NCBI RefSeq assembly: GCF_006345805.1
Contig: NC_043005.1
Location: 98,580,001 to 98,644,000 of the forward strand
Source of the DNA: Octopus sinensis
Lineage: Eukaryota
DNA: 64,000 nucleotides
Direction: 5' to 3'
Within the stretch, counting starts at the first letter, position 1. Every line of letters starts with the position of its first letter. Both the position numbers and the translations under genes were made by a program. Shown piece after piece: positions 50,150 to 61,752 of this stretch. The notes under the pieces were generated by a model. That model searched no databases. It was not told the DNA's origin and saw only the letters and a program-made list of their open reading frames with translations.

Positions 50150-50445
50150 CAGTGATTCTCAACCATTTTTTGTTTATGGACTCCTTTGATTCATAATCTA
50201 CTCTACTGGACCTCCATAGCCATTCACAGTATATATATATAAAAAATGGTCTTACTGAATTTTTATAATTAAATATTTTTAGAAACTGTATAAAAAAATT
50301 TTGGGTATTGTAGAAGTAAAACCAATTGTAGATAAATTTTAATAAAATCTTATATGGTGCATCAGCATGGCCGCAGCTCTGAGCTGAAACTAGAGAAAAA
50401 AAAAAGACTGCCAAAGACCATATGGACCCCAGTTAAGAACCACTA
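50150..50445. mobile_element. hAT-type MITE related to 41659-42289 (opposite orientation)
   Basis: CAGTGATTCTCAACC ... GGACCCCAGTTAAGAACCACT termini in a TCTAGA-type target. Confidence 0.7.
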
Positions 50446-50741
50446 CTAGAGATTATCTGTAAATGTTGGTTATGCAAGACTGGTGTGATTTTGGGTGAGT
50501 TGGTATTGAAAGAGTTAAGAGTGACTCACAAGTCTAGTACAATAGCTATGATAAAGAATCACGTTGCGTATTCTTTCATGCAATATTTTCTAGTGTTCTG
50601 AGTATTGTGATAATCAGAGCATTTACCCTCCAATTTATTGAACAACCTGTTTTAGTTCATCTGGGGATCTATTTGGTAACTATAGCGGGAGCAGTATAAA
50701 CAGACTTGGTCGGCACATACTAATCTTGACTAGTTAGTATA

Positions 50742-51704
50742 TATTGAGTTGTCCGGAAAGTTTGTGCCGATTTTTAAAGGAAAGTAAAAGGTCAGTAAAT
50801 ACTTGGCATTACATTTTTAATCAACCAAATATGAACCATTTTGTTGCACAATGCATATCCATATTTCTTTTAATTTGAAAATACCCTCTTCCCAGAATCA
50901 AGGTGGTTTCATGGCAAAGAATTCATCAAGGTATCTTTTTATGTCATCCAAGGAATTGAAATTTTTACCATTAAGACTATTCTGCAGAGACCTGAATAAG
51001 TGGAATTCCGAAGGAGCAATATCTGGTGAATATGGAGGGTGGGGTAACACATCCCAGCCGAGCTTTAAAAAAAAATTTGCTTTAAAAAAAGGTGCATTTT
51101 CATTCCATTTATAAAGCAAATCACAGATGGAAATGCTATCCAAAAGGTTCTTCCCTTTCAACTCATATGGTACCCAAACATTGTAGCGATTTGTGTATCC
51201 AAGCTTTACCAGGTGCTCATGAATGATGGATTTTGATAGGTTGAGGCTTTCTACAATTCTCGGGTTGTGCAATGTGGGTTATTCTTAATTAATGACTTGA
51301 TTTGGTCATCATCTGTAGTGGATGGTCTACCTGATCGCTCTTTATCAATAAGGCTACAATCTCCAGCTCGGAACCTTGTGAACCACTTCCGTGCAGTTCT
51401 TTCGGGTAAAGAAACATCACCATAAACTGTGCATATTTCTTTGGTTACTTGTGAGGCATTTTTCCCTTTACAGAAAAAGAAAAGCATCAAGTGCTGAAAA
51501 TGAATTTTCTTATCTTCCATTTTAAAGGCTTACAGAATTAACACAGGTTATAGGAACACAAACCTTCTTCCACGAAAAGATAGCTTAAACTGTACTCTAA
51601 ATGGAGGTGTAGTCAAATCCTATTTTATGGACTCAACCATCTTCTAAAATAAGTCGAAAGGCAAGCTACTATAATTCGGCAAGAACTTTCCGGACAACCC
51701 AATA
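50742..51704 (-). mobile_element. Mariner element with both TIRs and an internal deletion of the catalytic region
   Basis: TA-TTGAGTTGTCCGGAAAGTT / AACTTTCCGGACAACCCAA-TA. Transposase 51520>~50817: MEDKKIHFQHLMLF..WFTRFRAGD..RSGRP, VWVPYEL, then directly LGWDVLPHPPYSPDIAPSEFHLFRSLQ. Confidence 0.92.
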
Positions 51705-53529
51705 TTATTAGTATTTGGCAGCTTAGCAAACGGTTTGAGGTGAGAGAGGAAATTAGTTTTTCACTTGTTTTATTATGTATGTTTTCTTACATATATTTTG
51801 TGGGCGAGTGAGTATATAATGTTAAAGATGTAGTATTTGGGTGTATACATCAAGTGGCTTGTAAGTTTGTAAGTCAATCTGTTAAAAGATGATGTACAGG
51901 TTTGAACAAGCTGAAACCATGAATTTTCACCTCTTGTATGTCCAGGTGACCCTTGAATTTAAGTATTTTGTTTTGGAGATATTCTATGGGTATGTATCAC
52001 TCCTTATGAGTAAAAGATTGTTTTAAATGGTTAGTCCTATGCTGAAATTTGTTACAGTGTTTAGGACATGACACAAAAATCTAGCAAAGTCCATAAAGCA
52101 CTTGATGTAATTGTTTGAGAATCTATTTTGTGTTGTGTGTTTTGTGTGTTAAAAGTTTTTGTTTAGCTTTGTTGGTTATAACTTCTGTGTCTTTATTGCT
52201 ATGCATGTGTTTGTACAGGACGATGACATTAAGTGGGTTATGCAATATGAAGCATGCTTTTTAACTTTTCCTATGAGTAGTGTTAACATTGGAATTTCGT
52301 CGTAGTTCCTCAATTCTCTCATGATTCTAGATTTTTAACTTATCCAGGTATTGTTGCGGTTGACATGCAATTTTTAGTTTAATGTGGGAGGATATGATAA
52401 TGATATGAGTTTTGGATGGATTGTGTGATGGTAGATGAAAGAGCTATGATATAATAGATCCTTTAAAGGATTCTATTTATGAAACTGGATCTGGAGCAAT
52501 TTGTTTAATAATAAATAACATTGCATTGCTCGAATTTTTCTTTTTCACAGAAAAAGTTGAAAGCTTTACTGGTGTCAATTGTGCTGAGAATATTATTGTT
52601 TGCTTGCAGTAGTTCAGTCCTTGTTGAAAATATCTAACACTTGATGTTAATTGAAAATCTGTGTAATGGTTGAGTGTGAATGTTCGATGTCATTCATTGT
52701 CAAGGCCATGCTGGAGTGCCATTGTGTAGGTTGGTTGTGTAGAGAGTAAGTTTTTGGAAATGCTATCAAATGCAAGAGGTCATTGTAACAGTGACTTAAA
52801 GGAAGCTTTATTTTATTAGCTCTTTGGCAGTATTAGTAGTAGTTTAAATAGAACATATAAGCAATTAAATATATCAGTTGGTATGAGCAGCACATAATAT
52901 GTATTAGTACTGTGAGTCTAAAGTTCTAAAGTATCACATTGTTGTTGGTCAGCCTTGGGTCAATACTATGGAGCAAATCATATTGGCAGTTGGTCGGACA
53001 ACAAAGGACACCCCAGTTGTTCCAGTACTCCAAATATATTTTCTCTTCACATAGTTATTGATCTCATTGCACATATATGCAGTAGTTGCACATATTGATA
53101 TGCAGTAGTTTATCATAAGGGATGCATTGTTACAGACTGCAGGCTGTTTCTGCATGCCTGCAGGTTCTTGTGGTGGCTGCAGTGGAGGCAGTTGAAGTGA
53201 ACTTGATCAAAGTGTAAGTTATTGTTCTCTGCACTTGTCATGGGTGGTGTACATCCCAAAACAGTTTTTAAGACTAATGAAGGTGTTGATGATGCTTTTA
53301 TGTATGTGTGTGTGTGTCTTTTATGTTAGTCTGAACTAAGTGAGAAGGTTAGTGTTCATAGGATGTGATTATAATTGTGTTCTGGCATGTTGTCAATGTT
53401 TATGGGTTTATACAGTGAGGGTTGGCACTGGCTGTGGAAAGAAATTGTGCTTCTCTTGTTCAAGTGTTATTGTATTTCTGTTATTGTTATTTAGCCTTAG
53501 GTCAACTATGATTGAACAAACCTATGATC

Positions 53530-53952
53530 TTACTACTTGTTCTTACTTGTACTTGTGATGGTGTTCATCCAGGGCGGGTTGAGCCAGCTTCTTCTCTGGT
53601 CCTCACAGCATCACAAACCATGGTGGCCCACCTTCGACAGTCCTGTGCGAGGTCACTGGAGATAGCGAGCCATTTGCGGTTCCATCTGCGCAGACCGACC
53701 ACCTGCGGACCTGAGAGTTTGGAGAGGTCCTCCTTTATTGTCGTTGCCCAGGTCTTCAGCTGCCCGCCCGTGCGTTTGCGCTAGTTGGGAAGTGGAGGTG
53801 GGAGGAAGACATTGCGAATCAGCTCACCCTCTGGACGTGGGGCCGCATGACTGAACCACCTTAAGCGCCGTTGTAGAAGCACTGAAGGGAGGGGCCGGAG
53901 ATTCAGGCGATGATGAAGACCGGCTATAGAAACCCAATCAATGCGTCGGGTT
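53530..53952 (-). mobile_element. 5'-truncated RTE-clade LINE with 13-bp TSD
   Basis: Minus strand encodes LQRRLRWFSHAAPRPEGELIRNVFLP...GGQLKTWATTIKEDL...LAQDCRRW...AGSTRPG*, with a CAAGTA-like tail. TSD CAAACCTATGATC at 53517-53529 and 53953-53965. Confidence 0.88.
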
Positions 53953-54043
53953 CAAACCTATGATCAAAGGTGTTCTATTGGTGACATTGCTATCTTTTTT
54001 CTTTTTTGCAGATATAGTGTATCAAGGACTACATTATTCAATG

Positions 54044-54109
54044 TATGTCTTGATCAACTCACACCCTATGATCTTAAAAGATCATAGGGTGTGAGTTGAT
54101 CAAGATATA
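54044..54109. repeat. Perfect palindrome, 28-bp arms, 2-nt centre
   Basis: TCTTGATCAACTCACACCCTATGATCTT-AA-AAGATCATAGGGTGTGAGTTGATCAAGA (54048-54105), extendable by 4 bp. Confidence 0.95.
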
Positions 54110-57100
54110 GACTTGTATTACTAGGAGGTTAAATGATCAGATAGAGGCATCCCCATTGATTCAGACTAATTTTGTTCCATTGCATATGCAGTCTGTGAGT
54201 GAAGCATGTGAGAAGAGTACTATTTTGTGTTTGCTGTAGAGAGATTGGAGACCTAGTTAAAATTATAATAATTCATGATGGACCTAAATAAATTTTTTGT
54301 GCTAGTGTTGATCATTTGTGTTGGTTAAATGTAGTATCTATGAGTTTCCAACATGCCTTTTCCCTTTACAATATCTTGTAACATAAATACTGAATGTTAT
54401 AAATCTGTTGTATAATTCCTAGTAGTTTCACCTTGTATATGTGGTATGTTTATATTGTTGCTCTTGTGTAACCTTCATGTCAGCCTTAACTGAGCTGACC
54501 AATGATAAGAAGCATTCCAGGCATGACATCACACATTTTTAAGAGTATCTAAGACTACATTATCTCATGTCTTTTACTTTTGAGACAGCAGTGTGTGGTT
54601 TGAGTGAGATTTAGTTTGTATTTCTAGCATGTTGAGAATTTGCATGAATGCTCCTTTACTGGGTTATTGTTGGTGAGTGTTATGGTTGGTAGTATCTGAT
54701 ATGTTTTGGTTTTACTGGTAAGAAGAGAAGTGATAGGTATGGTTGGTGCTATATTTGCTAGGTTATAGGACATATAAACATTTTTTAGACTGATATAAAC
54801 ACAGACATAACACATGCAGACACATATCTATATCTACTTGCCTTTTCACATTCACACACACAAACTTACACACTCACACACATTTTCTGATGGGTTTCAC
54901 AGTTTCTGTTTACTAAATTTCATTTGCAAGGTTATGGGTCAATCCAAAACTATAGTAGAAGGTACTTGCCTAAAGTACTGTGCAGGGAGATCAAATAATG
55001 GGCCTTATGGTTGTGAAGTAAACCTCTTGACTGCACAGTCATCCATGCACCTACATATCCAATATGTTTCATATTGCTGATTTTTATTCCAAATTCTTAC
55101 AGTTCTGGTGTGTCCTGTTTTGTTAGTACTTGGTTTCATTTGTGGGATGGATGTATTAGATGTATGAATTCAGGTTTGTTATAAAGCCACCACCATAGTT
55201 TGGTCAGCCTTATGTTATCAGGATGTAATTAGGAATTTGAAAGGTTTTGCATTAGAGTTACAGCATTGTTTTTTGTATTATTGAAGACTATGAGTGTTTA
55301 TAATTTTTTGTTATCTTTATGTGGTTGCTCTTAATTTTAAATGTGATGTCCTTGGGCTTTGGTATACTGGTGGTACTTGTTGCTTTCATAGTATTGTTTG
55401 ATGCAAGTTTGTTGTTGGTGTTGACTTTCATATGGAGATAATGGCAGTATATTTAGCCTTTGTTGGTTACATTGAAGTTCCCTAACTTTGTCATGCGTAG
55501 AGTCAATAAATCTGAATTTTTTCCACACTGTGTTAATCTATATATTAGTCTGCTTTTTTAGTGATGGTTCTTTTCATTCTCCCATTTGTGAGTGTCCTAG
55601 TTGGTTCTTATTCAAAATTATTGTTCATTTAAACATTTCAGAGGACCATGCCTAGCTTGCACATCTCAGTTTTGGCATGGTTTCCCTCTTTGGAAGCCTT
55701 TACAAATGCCAACTGCTTTACAGATTATACTGGGTGAACTTTATCATGACACCAGAACCAGTAAGGTTGTCTGCCCTTGGCAAGGCTAAGAGTTCTGTTG
55801 ACCCTATGGTGACTTTGCTTGATTCATTAATCACTTTACAGAACGTGGCACCAGCACTAGTGAAGTTGCTTTGTAATTTGCAAGGCAAGAGAGAGAATGA
55901 TGATAGAAGCTGAGTTTAGGGTGAGATGGTGAAAGAAGCAAAAGTATGATGGGAGGAACAAATTTATTGGTGTGTGAAGGCGGTGGAGGAGGGAGAAACA
56001 GAAGAGATAGTACTAGGGCAGTAACATAAGAGAAACATTGTATCTAAGTAAATATTATCTGATGTGCTTTTTTCATCTTTAAGATGGTAGTGTGATTTTT
56101 TAGGGAGGTTTGGCTGCTATTTCTAGTAGGCTGAGTGACCATATAGATTCTTTCATTTACTCATAGTATGTTATTGATTGTGGTAGTTAAATGTAAATAA
56201 TGTTCTTCGTGATGTTGGCTGGGATTTTGTTTGGAGCCAGTTTTGTAGGTGGATCATATAGAGTTGAAATGATTGTGCAGCTGTGTGTGGAAAATGGTGA
56301 GACGATATATGTAACGTGTCAGAGCTTTTGTACTTTTTGATTTTATCATTTTGCTTGTGTTTCTTAAAATGGAGGGTATTAAGTTATGGTCTGGAAGGAA
56401 AACATATGATGTTTCTAGTGTTTAAGTAATTCCACTAAAACATTTTGTAGTTTGTAGTGGCAAAGTCCTCAGCATTTTTTTTTCTTTAAATATGTACTAT
56501 TTCTTGATGAATGTGTATACTATTCAATGTAATGATATTACTATTAGTGTTGCTAAGTGTTTTGATATAATGAATAAGAAGGGTTGCCATTTCTCTTCTT
56601 GATTTATTGTCTGTTTTGAAAACAGTGTCAGGTGATGCAATAGCAAAGAAAGCTTTCTCCAGTTTCATTTATCTCTTCTCAGCTTCCAAAGTTGTCAAAT
56701 ACACTTGATGCAAATTAGATGAAAAGATAAATCTTTCGGCTGTGCTGGGCTGCTCTGTGGGTGGTGTTGGGTCACAGAGGGAGAGACTTAACATTTGCAT
56801 CTTTCTATTTCCTTTCTTTCTCTTTCTTTTTTACCATCTCTTTATGTCTGCTTATTTTCCTTTGTTTTCCCTCTCCTGTTTCTGTTATTTTATTGTACTG
56901 TTTCTTTCTTTCCTGGCTTTCAATTTCCTCTTTTTCTTTCAATTTTTTTTGTTTCACTTTGTCTACGTCTATTTTCCTTCTCTATCTCTTTCATAATTTC
57001 CCTGATGAATTCCTGCCAACCCAGCCTCTGGCCAATCCCCTTTAACATTTGTACCATTCGATCCTTCACTGCATTTAACTTGATCTATTTGTCAGTTTTA

Positions 57101-57777
57101 GTTTTTTCTTTTACCATTTAATCAAAGAGGGAAGAACAGTGCTCATGATTCTTTGCAAGGCTTCTACGAGCAGTGGGAGGAAGAGAGAAATGCTCTTACT
57201 ATATATACAATGGTTTCTACTAGATACCCTTCATAACACCAAGGACTTTACAAAGTGTACTGAGTGCATTTTATCATGGCACTAGAGAGGTAGTTGTCTT
57301 CAACAAGATTTGAATGACTCATGCAAGTTTCTGGTTTCTTCATTGTTTGCTAACCACTTTACAGAGTGTACTGGGTGCACCACCCATGACTTGCCTTGTT
57401 CACTGTTTTTGTTAAATCTGTTCTGGGCAAAATGACCAATGGAGTGAGTATGGGAAAGGGAAATTGCAGATGAACTAAGGTTTGAGGGTGAATGAAGTGT
57501 GACTATTAAGTGGTGAAATAGCGATTGAGGCGACAATATGAAATATGAAACTGTTATGACAGTGGGAGGGTTTAATGAGAGAGAGAGAGAGAAGTAGGAG
57601 AAAATCACTAATGCTTCATGTTTGTTGGTAAGAGTGCAAGGAATATTAAAATTGAGTGACCTAGATGTAAATGATAAATGTGTTATATGAAAATAATAGC
57701 AGAGATACCATCTACATCTGTTGGCCGGTTGGGCTTTAGGGAGGGACAGGCTTAGCAAATTTGGTTGCAGAAATGAA

Positions 57778-58043
57778 AGGTGGTGAGCTGGCAGAAATGT
57801 TAGCACACGCCGGGTGAAATGCTTAGCGGTATTTCGTCTGCTGTTTCGTTCTGAGTTCAAATTCTGCCGAGGTCGACTTTGCCTTTCATCCTTTCGGGGT
57901 TGATAAATTAAGTACCAGTTACGCACTGGGATCGATAAATTAAGTACCAGTTACACACTGGGGTTGATGTAATTGACTTAATCCCTTTGTCTGTCCTTGT
58001 TTGTCCCCTCTATGTTTAACCCCATGTGGGCAATAAAGAAATA
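57778..58043 (+). mobile_element. SINE family A with internal ~32-bp duplication
   Basis: gataaattaagtaccagttacgcactggg is repeated in tandem at ~57902 and ~57934. Confidence 0.88.
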
Positions 58044-59853
58044 AGAAATGAAAGGTTGGAATTAGTTTTGCAGAAGAGTGGCAACAGCAGACTTATTTGT
58101 GTTATAAGTGAAATGAAAAGCATGTTGCAAACTTGTTTGGTGTTAGGAATAGAGAATTAGCTAACAGTCATTTGAATTGAACAAGGAAGGAAAGGAAGAT
58201 AATGGAGAGTTGGTGCAGGTGATTTTGGCAAAGAACTAGAATACACAGCTTTCAGTTGGGAAAGGAAGCATTGTTTTTGCTGTACTGTGAATGAAAGCAT
58301 CTTTTGTTTTCTTAATTTCAAGAGAAGCTTAAAGAAGCCCTGCTCTCTTCTTACTTTGCTCTCTTTTTATATATTTGTTTTTTACATAATTCATTATTTC
58401 CTCAACATCCATCTCCTGTTATTGCTATAACTCGTCTTTCTTTCTTTCTTTCTCTCTCTCTCTGTCTCTCCCCACTGCACATATTCATAGCTCTTATCTA
58501 GTCATCTTGTACTTGTTATTTCCATCTTACTTCTACTCTCATTCAAGCTATTGCTGTCTTGTTTCCATATAGTTCTTCTCTTCTCTTTCCACCACTATAC
58601 ATTAACAACCCCTTTCACAATAACCATTGTAACAGTACCATCACCACCACAATTGTAATGTCACCACCACAGCAACAACACAGTACCATTTCCACCACCA
58701 CTATGAGAATAATACCTCCACTATAACTAGAATGCTGGCCCTATTACAACTATCTCCACTACTCTTACTGCTGAGAAAATTTAATAGTTTGTACTCAGCT
58801 GTGTTTATTGAAGACAGCTATTTAGAATGAGGGAGGATATTCATCTGGTTGTTATTTTTATTTGTTATTACTGCATGTGTTGTTGTTGTTGTTGTTACTA
58901 AAAATACACTTTGAAGTTTCGACTAACTTTTCAAATTCTTTTGCTTTAAACCATATGAAACATTTACATTTCATTCTTCCCTGCCAGCCTGGCTATCAAT
59001 GCTTTGAGTCAGACAATAGTTGAGTCAATTGTGGGAAGAAACATTTCATCACATACCCACCACTCCAGATTAGATTAAGAAAAGAATAGAAAATGAAGCT
59101 GTCCTGCAAGAAGTCCTCTTATTGACCGATTGAGTTTGTGACCTAGTTTCTATTATTTATAGTAATTCACTTTACTAAAAATGCTAACAGCAAAAGCAGT
59201 AAACCAAAAGATGTTTTTTTTTTTTCATGTTTTCCCTTGTACTTATGAATGAAAATAATAATTATTAAGGCATTCATGGCTATGTGGCTAACAGGTTTGC
59301 TCTGCAACCATGTGGGAGAACCAGATGGTTGCTAATTTTTTTGCCTAACTCATTCAATCTGTATCTTCACTGATTGGATATATGAAATAATCCCTGAACT
59401 ATTAAGTAGAATTGATAATGTTTTGTAAATTTAAGCTAGATTTTAAATTAAAACTAGCTATAACCTTTTAGCATTTAACCTGGCCATATTGGGCCCAAAT
59501 ATTATATCTGTTTTATGTTCAAAGTAGCCAGATCCAGCTTCACACACTTATCCTATAATATATTCTAAAAATAAACAATATCTTGAAGCCATGAGATAAT
59601 TCATGATTAATTCAAAACATTGTGAATAAATAAGTATCATACTTGACAGTAATCTGAATGCTAAAGACTTAAACAAGTCTTCTGTGCAGATTGTTTTGCA
59701 AAAAATTGTAGAATAATCTTTTTTGGTCTCAAGAGACTATCAACCAATATATTTTAATTTAGTGAATGACAGGATAGAATGTCCATTCCCATTGAATAGT
59801 AATCAATGAATGTGTTTATGTATGTGTATATGAGAATACTTGTCTGTGGGTTT

Positions 59854-60616
59854 GACCCCTGCTTTATATTGCACTGTTGTGACCCAATCAATGTGTCTTA
59901 TGATTTGGAAGTAAGATTTATCTCAGGTGGGCTTTCTCAGCAGTGTTGTGTTGTTGGTGACTTTCTTTTTATTTTGTAATAGCAAGACCTATCTATCAAT
60001 CTTTAAAACGAAGAAGTAAGACACCTTTTTTCTATTAGTCTAGGTGTTCACTTTAGGCATGTGACAAAACACTTTTCGTTATTAACCTCAAATAAAGGGG
60101 TAAAAAAAATGTTTTAATATTTACATGTACAGTATGTTTCAATCTCTAATCATCATTAAGTGATTTATTCATGGATATATATATATATATATATATATAT
60201 AGGGAGAATTCACAAAAAAAAACCAAAAGACCCCTGCTTTATATTGCACTGTTGTGACCCAATCAATGTGTCTTATGATTTGGAAGTAAGATTTATCTCA
60301 GGTGGGCTTTCTCAGCAGTGTTGTGTTGTTGGTGACTTTCTTTTTATTTTGTAATAGCAAGACCTATCTATCAATCTTTAAAACGAAGAAGTAAGACACC
60401 TTTTTTCTATTAGTCTAGGTGTTCACTTTAGGCATGTGACAAAACACTTTTCGTTATTAACCTCAAATAAAGGGGTAAAAAAAATGTTTTAATATTTACA
60501 TGTACAGTATGTTTCAATCTCTAATCATCATTAAGTGATTTATTCATGGATATATATATATATCTATATATATATATATATATATAGGGAGAATTCACAA
60601 AAAAAAACCAAAAGAC
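59854..60616 (+). repeat. Tandem duplication, ~375-bp unit
   Basis: 59854-60228 and 60229-60616 are identical apart from the (TA)n tract; the junction is at a GAC microhomology. Confidence 0.95.
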
Positions 60617-60678
60617 GAAGACAGTTGGTGTAGAAAACAAACAGATGTATTAGTATAACGCTCGGGAATTGAAAAAGT

Positions 60679-60714
60679 CTCTTACATTTCGAGCCTATGC
60701 TCTTCCTCAGAAAG
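60679..60714 (-). ncRNA. Minimal type I hammerhead ribozyme (canonical core) in a Penelope-like terminal fragment
   Basis: Minus strand CTTT-CTGAGGA-A-GAGC[ATAG]GCTC-GAAA-TG-TA-AGAG: CUGANGA / GAAA / GUA intact. Stem III looks like a CpG-decayed ACGU. A related degenerate copy lies at ~61098-61136. Confidence 0.65.
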
Positions 60715-60789
60715 GAACACAAAAAGAAACAAGGAGAGAAAAAAAATGTGTGTAGTGGCTACCGATCTATCATGACACATATACATATG

Positions 60790-60990
60790 CAAAATTATCA
60801 CGAGACTGTTACTCAGACTTTTATGTTCCCATTTGTTGGACAGTTGTGATGAAAACACAACCGTCCAACAAACGGGAGTGTGAAACTCTGAGTAACAATC
60901 TTGTGCTAATTTTGCAGCTTTAATAAGAACATATTACTCTGGTATTCAAGTACTATTTTTCCCATTTTGTTTTGCACTTATGTGCTCACC
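60790..60990. mobile_element. Older copy of the 14323-14555 fold-back element
   Basis: ctgttactcagac...gttcccatttgttggacagt / ccgtccaacaaacgggagtgtgaaactctgagtaacaa, with the same catattactc...ggtatt..agtact tail. Confidence 0.75.
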
Positions 60991-61143
60991 TGTGTGTGTA
61001 TATATATATATAGCACAAATAAGAGTAAACAAAAGATGAAGACAGATGTGGGAACAACAAGCAGGTGTATTAGTTTAACGGTCGTAAAGAATGGAAAAGT
61101 CTTTTACATTTTGAGCCTATGCTCTTCAACAGAAAGAATTACA

Positions 61144-61176
<33 letters not shown>

Positions 61177-61184
61177 TTGTTCCA

Positions 61185-61445
61185 GTTGATCCAATCAACT
61201 GAATAGTCTGCTCATAAAAGTAATATGCATGTGTCTGAGCATCCCACAGATGTGTGTACCCTTAATGTAGTTCCCAGGGAGATTCGGCATGACACAGATT
61301 GTGACAGGTACTACAAATTTTTGCCAGCTGAGTGAACTGGAGCATCATGAAATAAAGTGTCTTGCTCAAGGACACAACGCATCGCTGGTAATTGAACTCA
61401 TGACATTATGATTGTGAGCAGAATACCCTAACCATTGAGCCACGT
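61185..61445 (-). mobile_element. CORE-like tRNA SINE related to family B
   Basis: cagctgagtgaactggagc...aaataaagtgtcttgctcaaggacacaac...taaccattgagccac. Confidence 0.75.
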
Positions 61446-61752
61446 CTTCCCCTCCCCCCACACACACACAGTATCAGATCAGATTTGAACTTTGAACCTA
61501 TATTCCTAAATTTCAAAAACTAAGGGTATTATGCTCTTATCCACCAGGCCATGGATACACTAGATGTAAATTTTAAATCTTTTTCATCTTCAAAGATGAA
61601 ATTTCTTCTGAAAAATTATCTTAAGTGCTCATCTTGGACTTATGGACATGGATAAAATATATGACACTGTTAAGTATGAGCTAGAGTTAACATTCCTGTT
61701 CAGTAACATATATTTCCTAGGTCTTGACACCACTACTCTAAACCATTGTTGT

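Noticed and set aside
56742-57121. Three overlapping F/L/S-rich ORFs resembling membrane proteins
   Set aside because: Pyrimidine-rich low-complexity DNA that is open in all frames.
57300-57926. 208-aa minus-strand ORF
   Set aside because: Starts inside an antisense SINE A and continues through low-complexity sequence; no protein motif.
58970-59025. Acceptor-like ccctgccag|CCT GGC as RIC1 exon 2
   Set aside because: Stop after 11 codons; no W[RK]PDS motif.
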